Shown piece by piece: positions 10,851-21,207 of a DNA stretch of 64,000 bases (the first letter of the stretch is position 1; the number at the start of each line of letters is the position of its first letter). Under the pieces are notes generated by a model, which did no database searches, was not told the origin of the DNA, and saw only the letters and a list, made by a program, of their open reading frames with translations. The position numbers and the translations under genes were made by a program. Source of the DNA: an uncultured delta proteobacterium (GTDB taxonomy: Bacteria > Desulfobacterota > Binatia > Binatales > Binataceae); the NCBI GenBank assembly GCA_963808235.1, contig CAWEEQ010000004.1:608001-672000 (forward strand). Reading direction: 5' to 3'.

Positions 10851-11348
10851 CTAGTGCGATGCCGCGCTACTCGGCGTTGTTTCTCCAGTGAAGTGCACTG
10901 CCGTACCGGCGCATTCAAAGTATCCCTCTTCCGTGTAGGGCTCGAACTCAGCGCCCGAGTCGTCCGCGACGAACCACGCGCGAGTATTTACGATCGCATC
11001 GACCTGGTCGCCATATTTGCGATAAGCCGCCGCTCTCAGGCCGTCGCCATGGATTGCCTGGCCGCCGGTGGAATTCTGTTGATTGAAGCAGTAACCCTGC
11101 GTAGGTCCTAGCACGGTGTACGGATGCGGATTTGATTTGACGACACCGCCCGACACCACCTTGATCTTCTTGATTGCCGCACTAAGCGCATCCTGTTCCT
11201 GATGGAGCTGAGCCACATCCTGATGGAGGCTCTGGTCTTCCTGTTGCACCGCGGAGCACCCCGCGAGCGCGACGATCATCACGGCGAGAAGGAGTAGCCG
11301 CTTCGGGTTTCGATCGATGGTCGACATTTCGTGGCGTCGCTTGCTCAT
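10851..11348 (-). CDS. Putative lipoprotein with short coiled coil
   Basis: GGAGGAG RBS before ATG at 11348; LAGC lipobox; ORF-track start at 11678 is overextended. Confidence 0.7.
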   Translation of the reverse strand: MSKRRHEMSTIDRNPKRLLLLAVMIVALAGCSAVQQEDQSLHQDVAQLHQEQDALSAAIKKIKVVSGGVVKSNPHPYTVLGPTQGYCFNQQNSTGGQAIHGDGLRAAAYRKYGDQVDAIVNTRAWFVADDSGAEFEPYTEEGYFECAGTAVHFTGETTPSSAASH

Positions 11349-11493
11349 CTGCCTTAGCTCCTCCCCTGGCGGGCCCGAACCCGAGCCCAAACCAACGTAT
11401 GGTCGGTTTCCCGTTCGCTGTCCACTCAAAAACTGACTAAGCTCGACGGTCAAACGGATCGGGCGACTTCTGAATAAATCTGGGGAGAACCAA

Positions 11494-11919
11494 ATGGCCG
11501 ACAAAGAGGAAGTGTACAAGGAGCTCGAGCGCAGCAGCAACGCTCTCAAGATCGAGATCGAAGCGGGTAGCCGCGCCGCGCTTTTCACCCGCGCCGCCAC
11601 TGCGCTGTCGCGAATCATGGTCCAGCCGGACGACATCAAGAACGAGCATCGGCGCGAGATCGAAATCGTTGATGACACCGACGACGAGATGATTCACGAC
11701 ATCCTGGGCGCCGCGCTGAACATGTTCCTCCGCGGCTTCATCTGGCGCGATGCCGAGATCGAGGAGCGCGACGGCCCGATCGTCGTGTGGCTCTCAGGCG
11801 AGCAGTACGACCCGGATCGCCATCACCTGCGTACGGAGATCAAAAAGGTCGAGGAGCATCAACTGGTCGTCGAGAACAAAGATGGCAAGTGGCGCAGCCA
11901 GATCGTTTTCGATATCTGA
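11494..11919 (+). CDS. Hypothetical protein
   Basis: GGAGA RBS, typical GC3-rich codon usage, 141 aa. Confidence 0.7.
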   Translation: MADKEEVYKELERSSNALKIEIEAGSRAALFTRAATALSRIMVQPDDIKNEHRREIEIVDDTDDEMIHDILGAALNMFLRGFIWRDAEIEERDGPIVVWLSGEQYDPDRHHLRTEIKKVEEHQLVVENKDGKWRSQIVFDI

Positions 11920-11931
11920 TCGCGCCCAACT

Positions 11932-11959
11932 TGGTGGGCGGTGCAGGTTTCGAACCTGC
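11932..11959 (-). repeat. tRNA-Val 3' fragment 1 (T-arm, acceptor strand, CCA)
   Basis: TGGTGGGCGGTGCAGGTTTCGAACCTGC is identical to 16069-16096. Confidence 0.9.
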
Positions 11960-11994
11960 CGAATGCCTGCTCTAACCGGTCCGGAAGATGCTAC

Positions 11995-12390
11995 TCAGTC
12001 CGCGCTCTCCACCTGCACGCGGAAGGCGGCGTTTCGATCCCGGGTTAACCCGTTGCGCTCCATCCATCGCAAGGTCCAGATGAACGGAAACGCGTACCAG
12101 TACTTGCGCGCGATCATTCCGAAGATACGCTCACGGTCGGTCGGCTCGGTTACCAAATTGGCTTTGCCATGGAATATCTCTTGGCCGATACGCATCGTGA
12201 TCTGACGATTCGCCTGCAGGTTGCGCGGCCACTGAGTGTCCGCGTTTCCGTTCAGACAGATCGCATCGCCATCGACCACGAACCAAATTGTCACCTCGTA
12301 TCGCTTGCCCGATTTGCGCCCCAGATGCGTCAGCAGCATCGTCTGGTAGCTCGCTACTCTCGCCAGCTGCGATGCGATTCCCGATTCCAT
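11995..12390 (-). CDS. Deazaflavin-dependent nitroreductase (DDN/DUF385-like split beta-barrel) family protein
   Basis: LLTHLGRKSGK, W.RNLQAN motifs. Confidence 0.8.
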   Translation of the reverse strand: MESGIASQLARVASYQTMLLTHLGRKSGKRYEVTIWFVVDGDAICLNGNADTQWPRNLQANRQITMRIGQEIFHGKANLVTEPTDRERIFGMIARKYWYAFPFIWTLRWMERNGLTRDRNAAFRVQVESAD

Positions 12391-12437
12391 TGGAGCCTAG
12401 CTGCTCACGATCTTCTGAAACTTAGGGAGCAACCATC

Positions 12438-12580
12438 CGATTCCAACTTCCGTCTGGTTCACTTGGTGCGCGGTGCAGGTTTCGAACCTGCGACCCCCCG
12501 GCTTGTAAGAACGAAATCGGCCATTTCCCACGGAGTCTAACCGACTGCTACTGAATGACAAGGAAGCGAGAAGGCCTCAC
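12438..12580 (-). repeat. About 143-bp att-like repeat copy A, containing the tRNA-Val 3' half from the anticodon loop
   Basis: Near-identical to 14556-14697; tRNA part 12464-12509. Confidence 0.92.
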
Positions 12581-12631
12581 GCAGCCTCGCTCACCGACAA
12601 TGCAGGACTGAACAGTGTTGTGCGCAAGCCG

Positions 12632-14341
12632 CTAGTACGCGTTCGCCGTGTGCAGCTTGCGCGCGACGTTCATCGTGCTGCCACCAAGCGAAGGATCAGT
12701 AGTCAGCGTGAACGTCTCCGTCGCCGGATCGTAGATCTCTGCGGTGTTCAGAGTGTTTCCACTTCCGTCTTCTCCGCCGGTGATAAGTATCTTGCCATTG
12801 GGTAGAGCTGCGGCCGCATGGCCGAACCTCGCGCTATGCATCGATCCGACCGCCGTGAACGTGAACGTGTTCTCGTTGAACACCTCGGCGCTGGCCAGCG
12901 CCTTTCCGGTACTGTCGATGCCCCCCGCGATCAGCAATACCGAGAAACTTCGCCCCTGGATTGGATTACCATTCGTCGTGGCGGTATGCATCGCGCGCGC
13001 CACCGTCATGTTGCTGCCACCGAGATCGGTTGTGAGGGTAAATTTGTTGGTTGATAGGGCGAATATCTCAGCGGTGGCTTGCGCAACTCCGTCAGCTCCT
13101 TCGCCTCCCGCTACCAGGACGCCGCCACCCAGGAACGTCGCGCTATGGAACATGCGCGGTGCGTTCATCTGGCCGCCGCCCAGTGCAGGGTCATCGGTCA
13201 GAGTAAAAGTGCCGAGGGAGGAGTTGAACACTTCCGCGCTTTGCAGCACGTTCATCCCGTCGAAGCCGCCCGTAATCACCGCGTTGGCAGGGGTGCAGGT
13301 GTCTCTCTTAAATGCATCATAGTCCATTTCCTCGGATGCGGCCGCGTTCACGCGCGCCACGTTCATCATCGCCGGTGGAGAGACCTCCGCGGATTTCAGA
13401 ACGTTACCGCTGGCATCCTTACCGCCCGCGATCAAAAAAATGTGCGTGTGGTGCACGCCGACGAGCTCAGTCTCGGTGTGACCCTGCCGGGCGACCGACA
13501 TGCTCCCGGCGGTGAACTGGTTGGTGCTCCTGGAGAAGGTCTCGGTTGTGTCGGTAGCGCCGGTGGCGTCGACTCCGCCGCTTAGCAGGACGGTGGACGG
13601 GGGATTTGGATTGTCGCTCGCAGCGGCGGCGGCGTGCATATAACGTGCATCGTTCATGTTGTTGCCGCCGAGCGCGGGCGCGGTCGTAAGGGTGAAGGTA
13701 TTGGTCTTCCAGTTGAAGATTTCGGCGCTGTTGAGCGGCTTCCCGTCCGATCCTTGACCGCCGGCGATCAAGACCAACCCGGCAGCATACGGGGTGGGCT
13801 CTTCCTGCGGCGTACATGTTGCGGTTGCTGTCACGGTGGGAGTCATCGACCCGGTCGGCGTCGGCGATGTGCTCGGCGTCGGCGTGGCGGTTGCGGTCGG
13901 TGTTGGAGAAGGCGGTATTCCGAATCCTTCAAGCTCGACGTGTTGCGGACTGTTTTTGGCAGAGTCAGCAAATATCACGGCCGTATTATGCTTGGCTTTG
14001 CCGGTCCTGTCGGGATCGAACACGACCGTGACGAGGCAGCTTTGGCCGGCCTCCAGCGGTGTACCCGAGCATCCATCGCTCTGGATCATGAAAGGCGATA
14101 CCGAAGCGATCCTTGTGAAGCTGATCGAAGCTGACCTGGATTTGTTGGTGGCAGTGACCGTCAACGGCGCACTATGCGCAAACTCGGTCACCTGCCCGAA
14201 GTCGTGTTGAATGGGTTTGACGTCCAATTCGCCGGCGCGATGGTCCATCGCGTCGGACTGCGCATTGACTGGATTCGCCGCGACCGCGGCGTTGTATGCG
14301 AGCATCCACGCCGCCGCACTCAACAGCACAACGAGGATCAA
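12632..14341 (-). CDS. Secreted kelch/galactose-oxidase-type beta-propeller with N-terminal Ig-like domain and PT linker
   Basis: Signal peptide; repeated M..AR..H.A and LIAGG...SAE.F kelch motifs. Confidence 0.88.
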   Translation of the reverse strand: MILVVLLSAAAWMLAYNAAVAANPVNAQSDAMDHRAGELDVKPIQHDFGQVTEFAHSAPLTVTATNKSRSASISFTRIASVSPFMIQSDGCSGTPLEAGQSCLVTVVFDPDRTGKAKHNTAVIFADSAKNSPQHVELEGFGIPPSPTPTATATPTPSTSPTPTGSMTPTVTATATCTPQEEPTPYAAGLVLIAGGQGSDGKPLNSAEIFNWKTNTFTLTTAPALGGNNMNDARYMHAAAAASDNPNPPSTVLLSGGVDATGATDTTETFSRSTNQFTAGSMSVARQGHTETELVGVHHTHIFLIAGGKDASGNVLKSAEVSPPAMMNVARVNAAASEEMDYDAFKRDTCTPANAVITGGFDGMNVLQSAEVFNSSLGTFTLTDDPALGGGQMNAPRMFHSATFLGGGVLVAGGEGADGVAQATAEIFALSTNKFTLTTDLGGSNMTVARAMHTATTNGNPIQGRSFSVLLIAGGIDSTGKALASAEVFNENTFTFTAVGSMHSARFGHAAAALPNGKILITGGEDGSGNTLNTAEIYDPATETFTLTTDPSLGGSTMNVARKLHTANAY

Positions 14342-14555
14342 TGCGGAGCGATGGTCTGATCTAACCAGCCGAACGATCCCCCGAAACGCCCAAGGCCCCC
14401 GCTAAGGAACAGCGAACCTACCGCTAACCGACCGGAATATCAAACAGTTTACAGCGCGCCTGACCGTCCGGGGCGCTAAACCGTTTTGCGCATAAGTTCG
14501 CGACCCTCATCGAGCGTACGCTTCATCAAGTCCTCGCCATACAGAGTAGGTAGAT

Positions 14556-14697
14556 CGATTCCAACTTCCGTCTGGTTCACTTGGTGGGCGGTGCAGGTTT
14601 CGAACCTGCGACCCTCCGCTTGTAAGAACGAAATCGGCCATTTCCCACGGAGTCAAACCGACTGCTACCGAATGGCAAGGAAGCGAGAAAGCCCCAC
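14556..14697 (-). repeat. About 142-bp att-like repeat copy B, containing the tRNA-Val 3' half
   Basis: Near-identical to 12438-12580; tRNA part 14582-14626. Confidence 0.92.
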
Positions 14698-14903
14698 ACA
14701 GACGCGGGCTTCATACATTCACAGAGTACAACCGAGCACTAAGCGTTGATACTGGGAAATGACACCGATTTGGCACCAGTATGGCACTAGTTAACGCATG
14801 CCAACGGCGGCCGCTCGATCGTTCGGAACCACCGATCAAGCCGGAACCGATATGAACTGCTCTAACGACGGCAAGCGCGGCGAACAGAGAGGCTTGCATC
14901 TCA

Positions 14904-15699
14904 TCACCACGTAAGCCCAACGGCCTTTCTCATGGCATCTTCGAATGCCTGATCGTCGAGGCTTCTTCGCATGCCCAAAATGATCTCAGCGTCCTGGCCG
15001 ACCGGTACGCGGAAACGGTGTTGCGGGGTCTTCGATTGCATTGGCGATGGCCAATGCGACAACTTCGGGTCCCGTTCGACCAGATGGCCCCGTCATTTTG
15101 GTATTGGCTCCCTCCCACTGCTCCCAAAGTCCGGCGTAGTCGGCTGGTCCCTTATGAGGCTCGATCGGTTTAATGCCGGTAGCGATGGTTCCGGGCTCGA
15201 TCAACACGCAGCGTATTCCAAAGTGGCGGACTTCCAGGTGCAGTGACTCCGTCAAGGCTTCGAGCGCGAACTTGGAGGCGTTGTACGCTGCTGCGAGTGG
15301 CGAGGAGACTCGGCCGTTCACACTCGATACATTCACGATGACGCCGGAACCCCGCTTTCGCCAGGCGGGCAAGACCGCCTGGATTATGCGCAACGCGCCG
15401 AGCGTGTTTGTCTCGAACATCTGCCGGATACGATCAAGTGGATAGCCTTCCACCGGCCCTCCGCCAGATATACCTGCGTTGTTGACGATTGCATCGAGCG
15501 GACCAACCTCTTCAAGGCACCGCGCCACGGAGTCGTCGCTGGTGACATCAAGCACATGTGCCTGGATGCCTTCCGATCCACTCAACGCGGATATGTCGGT
15601 GGCGACGACTGAATGCCCTCGATTGGCAAGTACCTGCGCCGTTGCCATCCCTATGCCGCGTGCCGCGCCCGTAATCAAAACCCTTAGCGTCTTTGACAT
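14904..15699 (-). CDS. SDR oxidoreductase; frameshift near 15012
   Basis: TGAARGIG, NNAG, YNASK; shifted frame continues RVPVGQDAEIILGMRRSLDDQAFEDAMRKAVGLTW to the stop at 14904. Confidence 0.85.
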
Positions 15700-15864
15700 T
15701 CGGAAGTCCTCTTGCGTGTCGTAGTTAGTCTTCTAGGGTTTGTTCGCCAGCCACCGCACAAATCTGCCATATGGATCAACCTCGGCCAACTCTCGCCGTA
15801 CACCTCCGGGCCACAGACGGTGGCTCCCTTTTTCCTCGGAAGAGCCGATCCACTCATTCACCAA

Positions 15865-16047
15865 AACCCGCGCGGGCTTCAGGAACTGCTCGGCCATCGG
15901 GATGGGCGGATGACAGCCTGGTACACGCATCTCTCCGATACCTATCTCAAGGCGGCGGTAAACGGTCTGAATCTGAGACCGAAGCAGCCGACCAGCCCTG
16001 AAAATGGCACTGATTTGGCACCAGCGTCGACGGCTTCGAAACGCTAG
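15865..16047 (+). pseudogene. C-terminal remnant of a tyrosine recombinase/integrase
   Basis: LQELLGHRDGRMTAWYTHLS matches box II with the catalytic Tyr; no N-terminal part; points at the tRNA 3' end. Confidence 0.85.
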
Positions 16048-16068
16048 CGCAAAAAACCTTGATTTCAT

Positions 16069-16143
16069 TGGTGGGCGGTGCAGGTTTCGAACCTGCGACC
16101 CTCGGCTTGTAAGGCCGATGCTCTACCACTGAGCTAACCGCCC
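16069..16143 (-). tRNA. tRNA-Val(TAC)
   Basis: 75-nt cloverleaf GGGCGGTTAGCTCAG...TCGGC CTTACAA GCCGA...TTCGAAA...CCGCCCACCA. Confidence 0.97.
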
Positions 16144-16241
16144 GCGCGCCGTACAACGTGAAAGTGAAAAGTGAAAACGCCCCGCGCTTTCGCGCGAGGC
16201 GAGTCGTCTGTGCGGATTGATCTTTCCTGCGCCCGGCCCGC

Positions 16242-16559
16242 TTAGGTGCCCGCCGGTGCCGACGACGCCGGCGCCGCGCCGACGCCTTCGTTGAGCGAGT
16301 CCTTCAACTGCTTGCCCGGCTTGAACTTCGCCGAACGGCTCGCCGATATCTCGATCGACTCTCCAGTCTTCGGATTGCGCCCGGTGCGAGCCTGCCGCTC
16401 AGAAACCGAGAACGTACCGAAACCCGAGATGTTGACGCGCTCCCCCTGGCGCAGCGCCGCGATCACGTCGTCGAGCATGATGTTAATTGCGCGCTCGGCG
16501 TCAGCCTTGTTCAAGGGAAGCTTGTTCGACAGCGCTTCAATCAATTCGGCCTTGGTCAT
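16242..16559 (-). CDS. hup: HU family DNA-binding protein
   Basis: MTKAELI, GFGTF, RTGRNPKTG, FKPGKQLK; follows lon. Confidence 0.92.
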   Translation of the reverse strand: MTKAELIEALSNKLPLNKADAERAINIMLDDVIAALRQGERVNISGFGTFSVSERQARTGRNPKTGESIEISASRSAKFKPGKQLKDSLNEGVGAAPASSAPAGT

Positions 16560-16663
16560 GTGTGTGCAACCTTCGACGGTCCTTACCGTAAGTTTGCGAC
16601 AAATTCGAGGCGCGGGTCCCCATAACCGCGCGCCCCAATTTGCGGTGTCCCCCGCTCGAAATC

Positions 16664-19145
16664 CTACGACAGGTTCGTGGATACCCCGGAGTCATCGTCA
16701 TCGTCACGCACGATCGGTACCTTCGGTTCCGGCTCCGGCTCGCGCAGAAACGCGAGATCGCCTTCGACCTTGCCCGGCTTGAAAAATGTATCCGGGTCAG
16801 TCAACACCAGCGCGTGCTTCAGCACCTCGTCCATATGATCGACCTGGACCAAAGTGACGTTCTTAAGAATCTGAGGCGCGATCTCCTCGATATCCTTCGC
16901 ATTCTCCTTCGGGATCAGAATCGTCTTGATCCCTCCGCGATGCGCCGCGAGCACTTTCTCCTTGAGTCCGCCAATCGGCAGCACCCGTCCGCGCAGCGTG
17001 ATCTCTCCGGTCATCGCCAGATCGTTGCGAATCGGTGAGCGCGTCAGCGCCGAGACCAGCGCCGTCGCCAGCGTGATTCCCGCCGACGGTCCGTCCTTCG
17101 GGATAGCGCCCTCGGGAATATGAATGTGGATGTCGATTCGATGATAGAAGCCGCGGTCCAGGCCCAGCACTTCCGCGCGCGATCGCACGTAGGACAGCGC
17201 CGCCTGCGCCGATTCCTGCATCACGTCGCCGAGCTGCCCGGTAATAGTCAGCTTGCCCCGGCCCGGCACGATCGTCACCTCGACGCTCAACAGCTCGCCG
17301 CCGAGTTCCGTCCACGCAAGACCCGTCGCGACTCCGACCTGCGGCACCGTCTCCGCCGTTCCGTAGCGGAACTTCGGCACGCCGAGATATTTGCCGAGAC
17401 TCGAGCTCGAAACTTTCACGTGCGCGTTGCGATCGGTCTTGACGACTTCGACCGCGACCTTGCGGCATATCGAGGCGATCTCACGCTCGAGGTTTCTGAC
17501 CCCCGCTTCGCGAGTGTAATGCCGGATGATTCCCTGGATTGCGCCGTCGGATATTTCGATATTCTCCGGCCGCAGCCCGTTGGCCTCCTGCTGCTTCTTC
17601 AGCAGGTACTTCTTGGCGATATTCAGCTTCTCCGATTCCGTGTAGCCCGGGATTCGGATCACTTCCATCCGGTCCTGGAGCGGACGCGGGATACGATCGA
17701 GCGTATTGGCGGTGGTGATAAACATCACCTTCGACAAGTCGTAGTCGCAGTCGAGGTAATGGTCATTGAAGGTGCAGTTCTGCTCCGGGTCGAGCACTTC
17801 GAGCAGCGCCGACGACGGATCGCCGCGGAAGTCCGTGGACATCTTGTCCACTTCGTCGAGCAGCAGCACCGGGTTCGACGACCCCGCCTTGCGCACCGAC
17901 TGGATAACCTTGCCCGGCAGCGCGCCGATATAAGTCCGGCGATGACCCCGAATCTCGGCTTCGTCGCGCACTCCGCCCAGCGACACGCGGACGAACTTGC
18001 GCCCCGTCGCGCGCGCCACCGACTTGCCGAGCGAAGTCTTGCCGACTCCCGGCGGTCCGACCAGGCACAGAATCGGTCCCTTCATCTGGCCGACCAGCGT
18101 CTCCACGGCCAGATATTCCAGGATGCGCTGTTTGACCTTGTCCAGTCCGTAATGATCTTCTTCGAGAACCCGCTCCGCTTCCTTGATGTCGAGCTTGTCT
18201 TCGGTGTACTCGAACCACGGTAGCGCCAGGAACCAGTCCAGGTAATTGCGCACCACGGTCGCCTCGGCCGACATCGGCGACATCATCTTGAGCTTCTTGA
18301 TCTCGCGCTCGCACTTCTCGCGCGCTTCGGCCGGCATCTTTTTCTGCCGGAGCTTTTCTTCCAGCTCCTGGATCTCGTTTTTGAATTCGTCCTTCTCGCC
18401 GAGCTCTTTCTGAATCGCGCGCATCTGCTCGTTGAGGTAGTACTCCTTCGAGGTCTTCTCCATCTGCTTCTTGACGCGGGAGCGGATGCGCTTTTCGACC
18501 TCCAGGATCTCCAGCTCCGACCGCATGTAGCCAAGGATCTTTTCCAAACGCTCGGCCGGATTGGTCGATTCGAGCAGCGCCTGCTTGTCTTCCAGCTTGA
18601 TCCCAAGATGCCCGACCAGCTTGTCGGCGAGGAACGCCGGGATCGTCGACCGCCGCGATCGAGGTCACCATCTCGGGCGGAATCTTCTTGTTGAGCCGCG
18701 CGTAGTTGTCGAAGGTCGAGACCACGGAGCGCATCAGCGCCTCGATCTCGGTGGAGCGATCGTTGACTTCCTCGATCTCCTCCGCCTCGACCTGGAAATA
18801 TTCGTCGTCCGCGACGTAGCGGAGCACCCGCGCGCGCTTCTTCCCTTCGACCAGCGCCTTGACGGTGCCGTCGGGAAGCCGCAGCAACTGCACGACCACG
18901 CCGAGCGTGCCCACCGAATAAAGATCGCCGGCCGCGGGTTCCGTGACCTTCGGATCTTTCTGCGTCACCAGCAGTATCGGCGTCTTCTTCGCCTCGGCGG
19001 CTTCCAGAGCCTTTATCGACTTCTGGCGTCCGACGAAGATCGGATAGACTTCATGCGGAAAAACAATCAGTTCGCGCAGCGGAAAAAGAGGAACGACGTT
19101 GGTCGCTCCATCGCGATTATCTTTTTTGTCATTGCGAAAAAGCAT
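16664..19145 (-). CDS. lon: ATP-dependent Lon protease; single-base frameshift near 18640
   Basis: N-domain [23 protein letters not shown]; removing one base from GGG at 18639-18641 restores [14 protein letters not shown]. Confidence 0.95.
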
Positions 19146-19169
19146 TTATAATAATCAGTCTCCCCGGTC

Positions 19170-20423
19170 TTAAGCGGTTTCGGCGGTCTTTTGATAGACC
19201 AGCAGTGGCTGCTCTTTCTGAGTAACCACTTCTTCCGAGATGAGCACCTCCTTGATATTGGGTTGCGACGGAATCTCGTACATCAGATCGACCATGATAC
19301 TTTCCATGATCGCGCGCAGCCCGCGTGCGCCGGACTTGCGCTTGAGCGCCTCGCGCGATATCGCGCGCAGCGCGCCCTGGGTAAATTTCAGGTGAACGTT
19401 CTCCATGTCGAACAGCTTCTGGTACTGGCGCACCAGCGCGTTCTTCGGTTCGGTCAGGATTCGCACCAGCGCTTCCTCGTCGAGCTCGCCGAGCGTGGCG
19501 ATCACCGGCAATCGTCCGACGAACTCCGGGATCAGCCCGAACTTGAGCAGGTCCTCCGGCTGGACTTCATATAGAAGCTCGGAAACCGTCTTGGGATCGC
19601 GATGCGTCAAGTCGGCGCGGAAGCCCATCGTCTTGCCCGAGATTCGGCGCCGGATAATATCGTCCAGTCCCACGAACGCGCCGCCGCATATGAACAGGAT
19701 GTTGGTCGTGTCGACCTGCAGGAATTCCTGCTGCGGATGCTTCCGCCCGCCCTTGGGCGGCACCGACGCCATCGTCCCCTCGATTATCTTCAGCAGCGCC
19801 TGCTGCACGCCTTCGCCCGATACGTCGCGCGTGATCGACGGGTTGTCGCCCTTGCGCGCGATCTTGTCGATCTCGTCGATATAGACGATCCCGCGCTGGC
19901 ATCGCTCGATGTCGTAATCGGCGTTCTGCAGCAGCGACAGTATGATGTTCTCGACGTCTTCGCCGACGTAGCCGGCCTCGGTCAGCGAGGTCGCGTCGGC
20001 AATCGTGAACGGCACCTGCAAAAATCTCGCGAGCGTCTGCGCGAGCAGCGTCTTGCCGACTCCGGTCGGCCCGATCAGCAGGATATTCGATTTCTGCAGC
20101 TCGACGTCGCCGGTCACCATCTGCGAGTCGATTCGTTTGTAATGATTGTGGACCGCGACCGAGAGAATCTTCTTGGCGCGCTCCTGTCCGATCACGTACT
20201 GGTCGAGCACCCGCTTGATTTCGGCGGGCTTGGGCACCGCGGAGCTCTGGCTGAACGCTTCTTCGCTGTCAGTCTCCTCGGCGATTATGTCGTTACAAAG
20301 ATCGATGCATTCGTCGCAGATATAAACCGTCGGGCCGGCAATCAGCTTGCGAACTTCATCCTGGCTCTTTCCGCAAAAGGAGCAAACCAGGTTGCCCGAT
20401 CGATCGTCATGCTTGGCCATCAC
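19170..20423 (-). CDS. clpX: Clp protease ATP-binding subunit ClpX
   Basis: CSFCGK zinc finger, [22 protein letters not shown]. Confidence 0.98.
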   Translation of the reverse strand: MMAKHDDRSGNLVCSFCGKSQDEVRKLIAGPTVYICDECIDLCNDIIAEETDSEEAFSQSSAVPKPAEIKRVLDQYVIGQERAKKILSVAVHNHYKRIDSQMVTGDVELQKSNILLIGPTGVGKTLLAQTLARFLQVPFTIADATSLTEAGYVGEDVENIILSLLQNADYDIERCQRGIVYIDEIDKIARKGDNPSITRDVSGEGVQQALLKIIEGTMASVPPKGGRKHPQQEFLQVDTTNILFICGGAFVGLDDIIRRRISGKTMGFRADLTHRDPKTVSELLYEVQPEDLLKFGLIPEFVGRLPVIATLGELDEEALVRILTEPKNALVRQYQKLFDMENVHLKFTQGALRAISREALKRKSGARGLRAIMESIMVDLMYEIPSQPNIKEVLISEEVVTQKEQPLLVYQKTAETA

Positions 20424-20448
20424 TGACTCCCGAAGATCATACCGAAGC

Positions 20449-21045
20449 TCACTTGGAGGTTCCTCGGCTAACGATTACCTCATCAATCAGCCCGTATTCA
20501 ACCGCCTGTTCCGGAGACATGAAATAATCGCGATCGGTATCCTTTTCTATTTTACGCAAGTTCTGTCCCGTATGCTTCATTATGATCGCGTTGATATCCT
20601 CCCGCGCGCGCAAAATTTCCTTCGCGTGGATCTCCAGATCGCTCGCCTGTCCCTGCATCCCGCCCAGCGGCTGATGCAGTATGATTCGCGAATGCGGCAG
20701 CGCATAGCGCCGTCCCTTCGCCCCCGCGAGGAGCAGGATTGCACCCATGCTCCCCGCCTGGCCAAGGCACAGCGTCGAGACCGGCGGCCGGATAAACTCC
20801 ATCGTGTCGTAAATCGCCATCCCCGCCGTCACCGACCCGCCCGGCGAGTTGATATAAAAATTGATCTCTTTTTCGGGATCTTCGGACTCCAGGAACAGGA
20901 ACTGCGCCGTGACCAGGTTGGCCACGTCGTCGTTCACTTCAGTGCCCAGGAAAACGATTCGATCTTTCAGCAGGCGAGAGTAGATGTCGTATGCCCGCTC
21001 ACCGCGGCCAGTCTGTTCTACGACGATCGGTACCAGGTTGCTCAT
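20449..21045 (-). CDS. clpP: Clp protease proteolytic subunit
   Basis: [24 protein letters not shown]. Confidence 0.98.
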   Translation of the reverse strand: MSNLVPIVVEQTGRGERAYDIYSRLLKDRIVFLGTEVNDDVANLVTAQFLFLESEDPEKEINFYINSPGGSVTAGMAIYDTMEFIRPPVSTLCLGQAGSMGAILLLAGAKGRRYALPHSRIILHQPLGGMQGQASDLEIHAKEILRAREDINAIIMKHTGQNLRKIEKDTDRDYFMSPEQAVEYGLIDEVIVSRGTSK

Positions 21046-21207
21046 TAAGGCTCACAGCCGCGACGCCGCCAGCGGGGCAGGAAGGTTTCCCGAGAAAGCC
21101 GCTGACGCATTCAAATTGTAACCACTCGGAAATGGTCGGGCAACCTTGACTGTTCGCGATTACCGCACGGCTTTGAGGGTTTGGAAGATTTTAATGTAGC
21201 GCACGCG

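Larger units (their letters stand above)
14556..16143. mobile_element. Decayed integrative element at tRNA-Val (integrase remnant plus SDR cargo)
   Basis: Intact tRNA at one end and tRNA 3' half at the other; tyrosine recombinase remnant; TGGCAC-type repeats near both ends. Confidence 0.7.

Noticed and set aside
11932-14697. CRISPR array or extra functional tRNA genes
   Set aside because: Spacers are 0.5-2 kb and gene-bearing, no cas genes are present, and the copies lack the tRNA 5' half and D-arm.
18630-18650. Split lon as a programmed frameshift or pseudogene
   Set aside because: One extra base in a short G/C run restores a normal Lon. Similar single indels at about 1965, 15012 and 46480 point to long-read errors, and there is no slippery heptamer.
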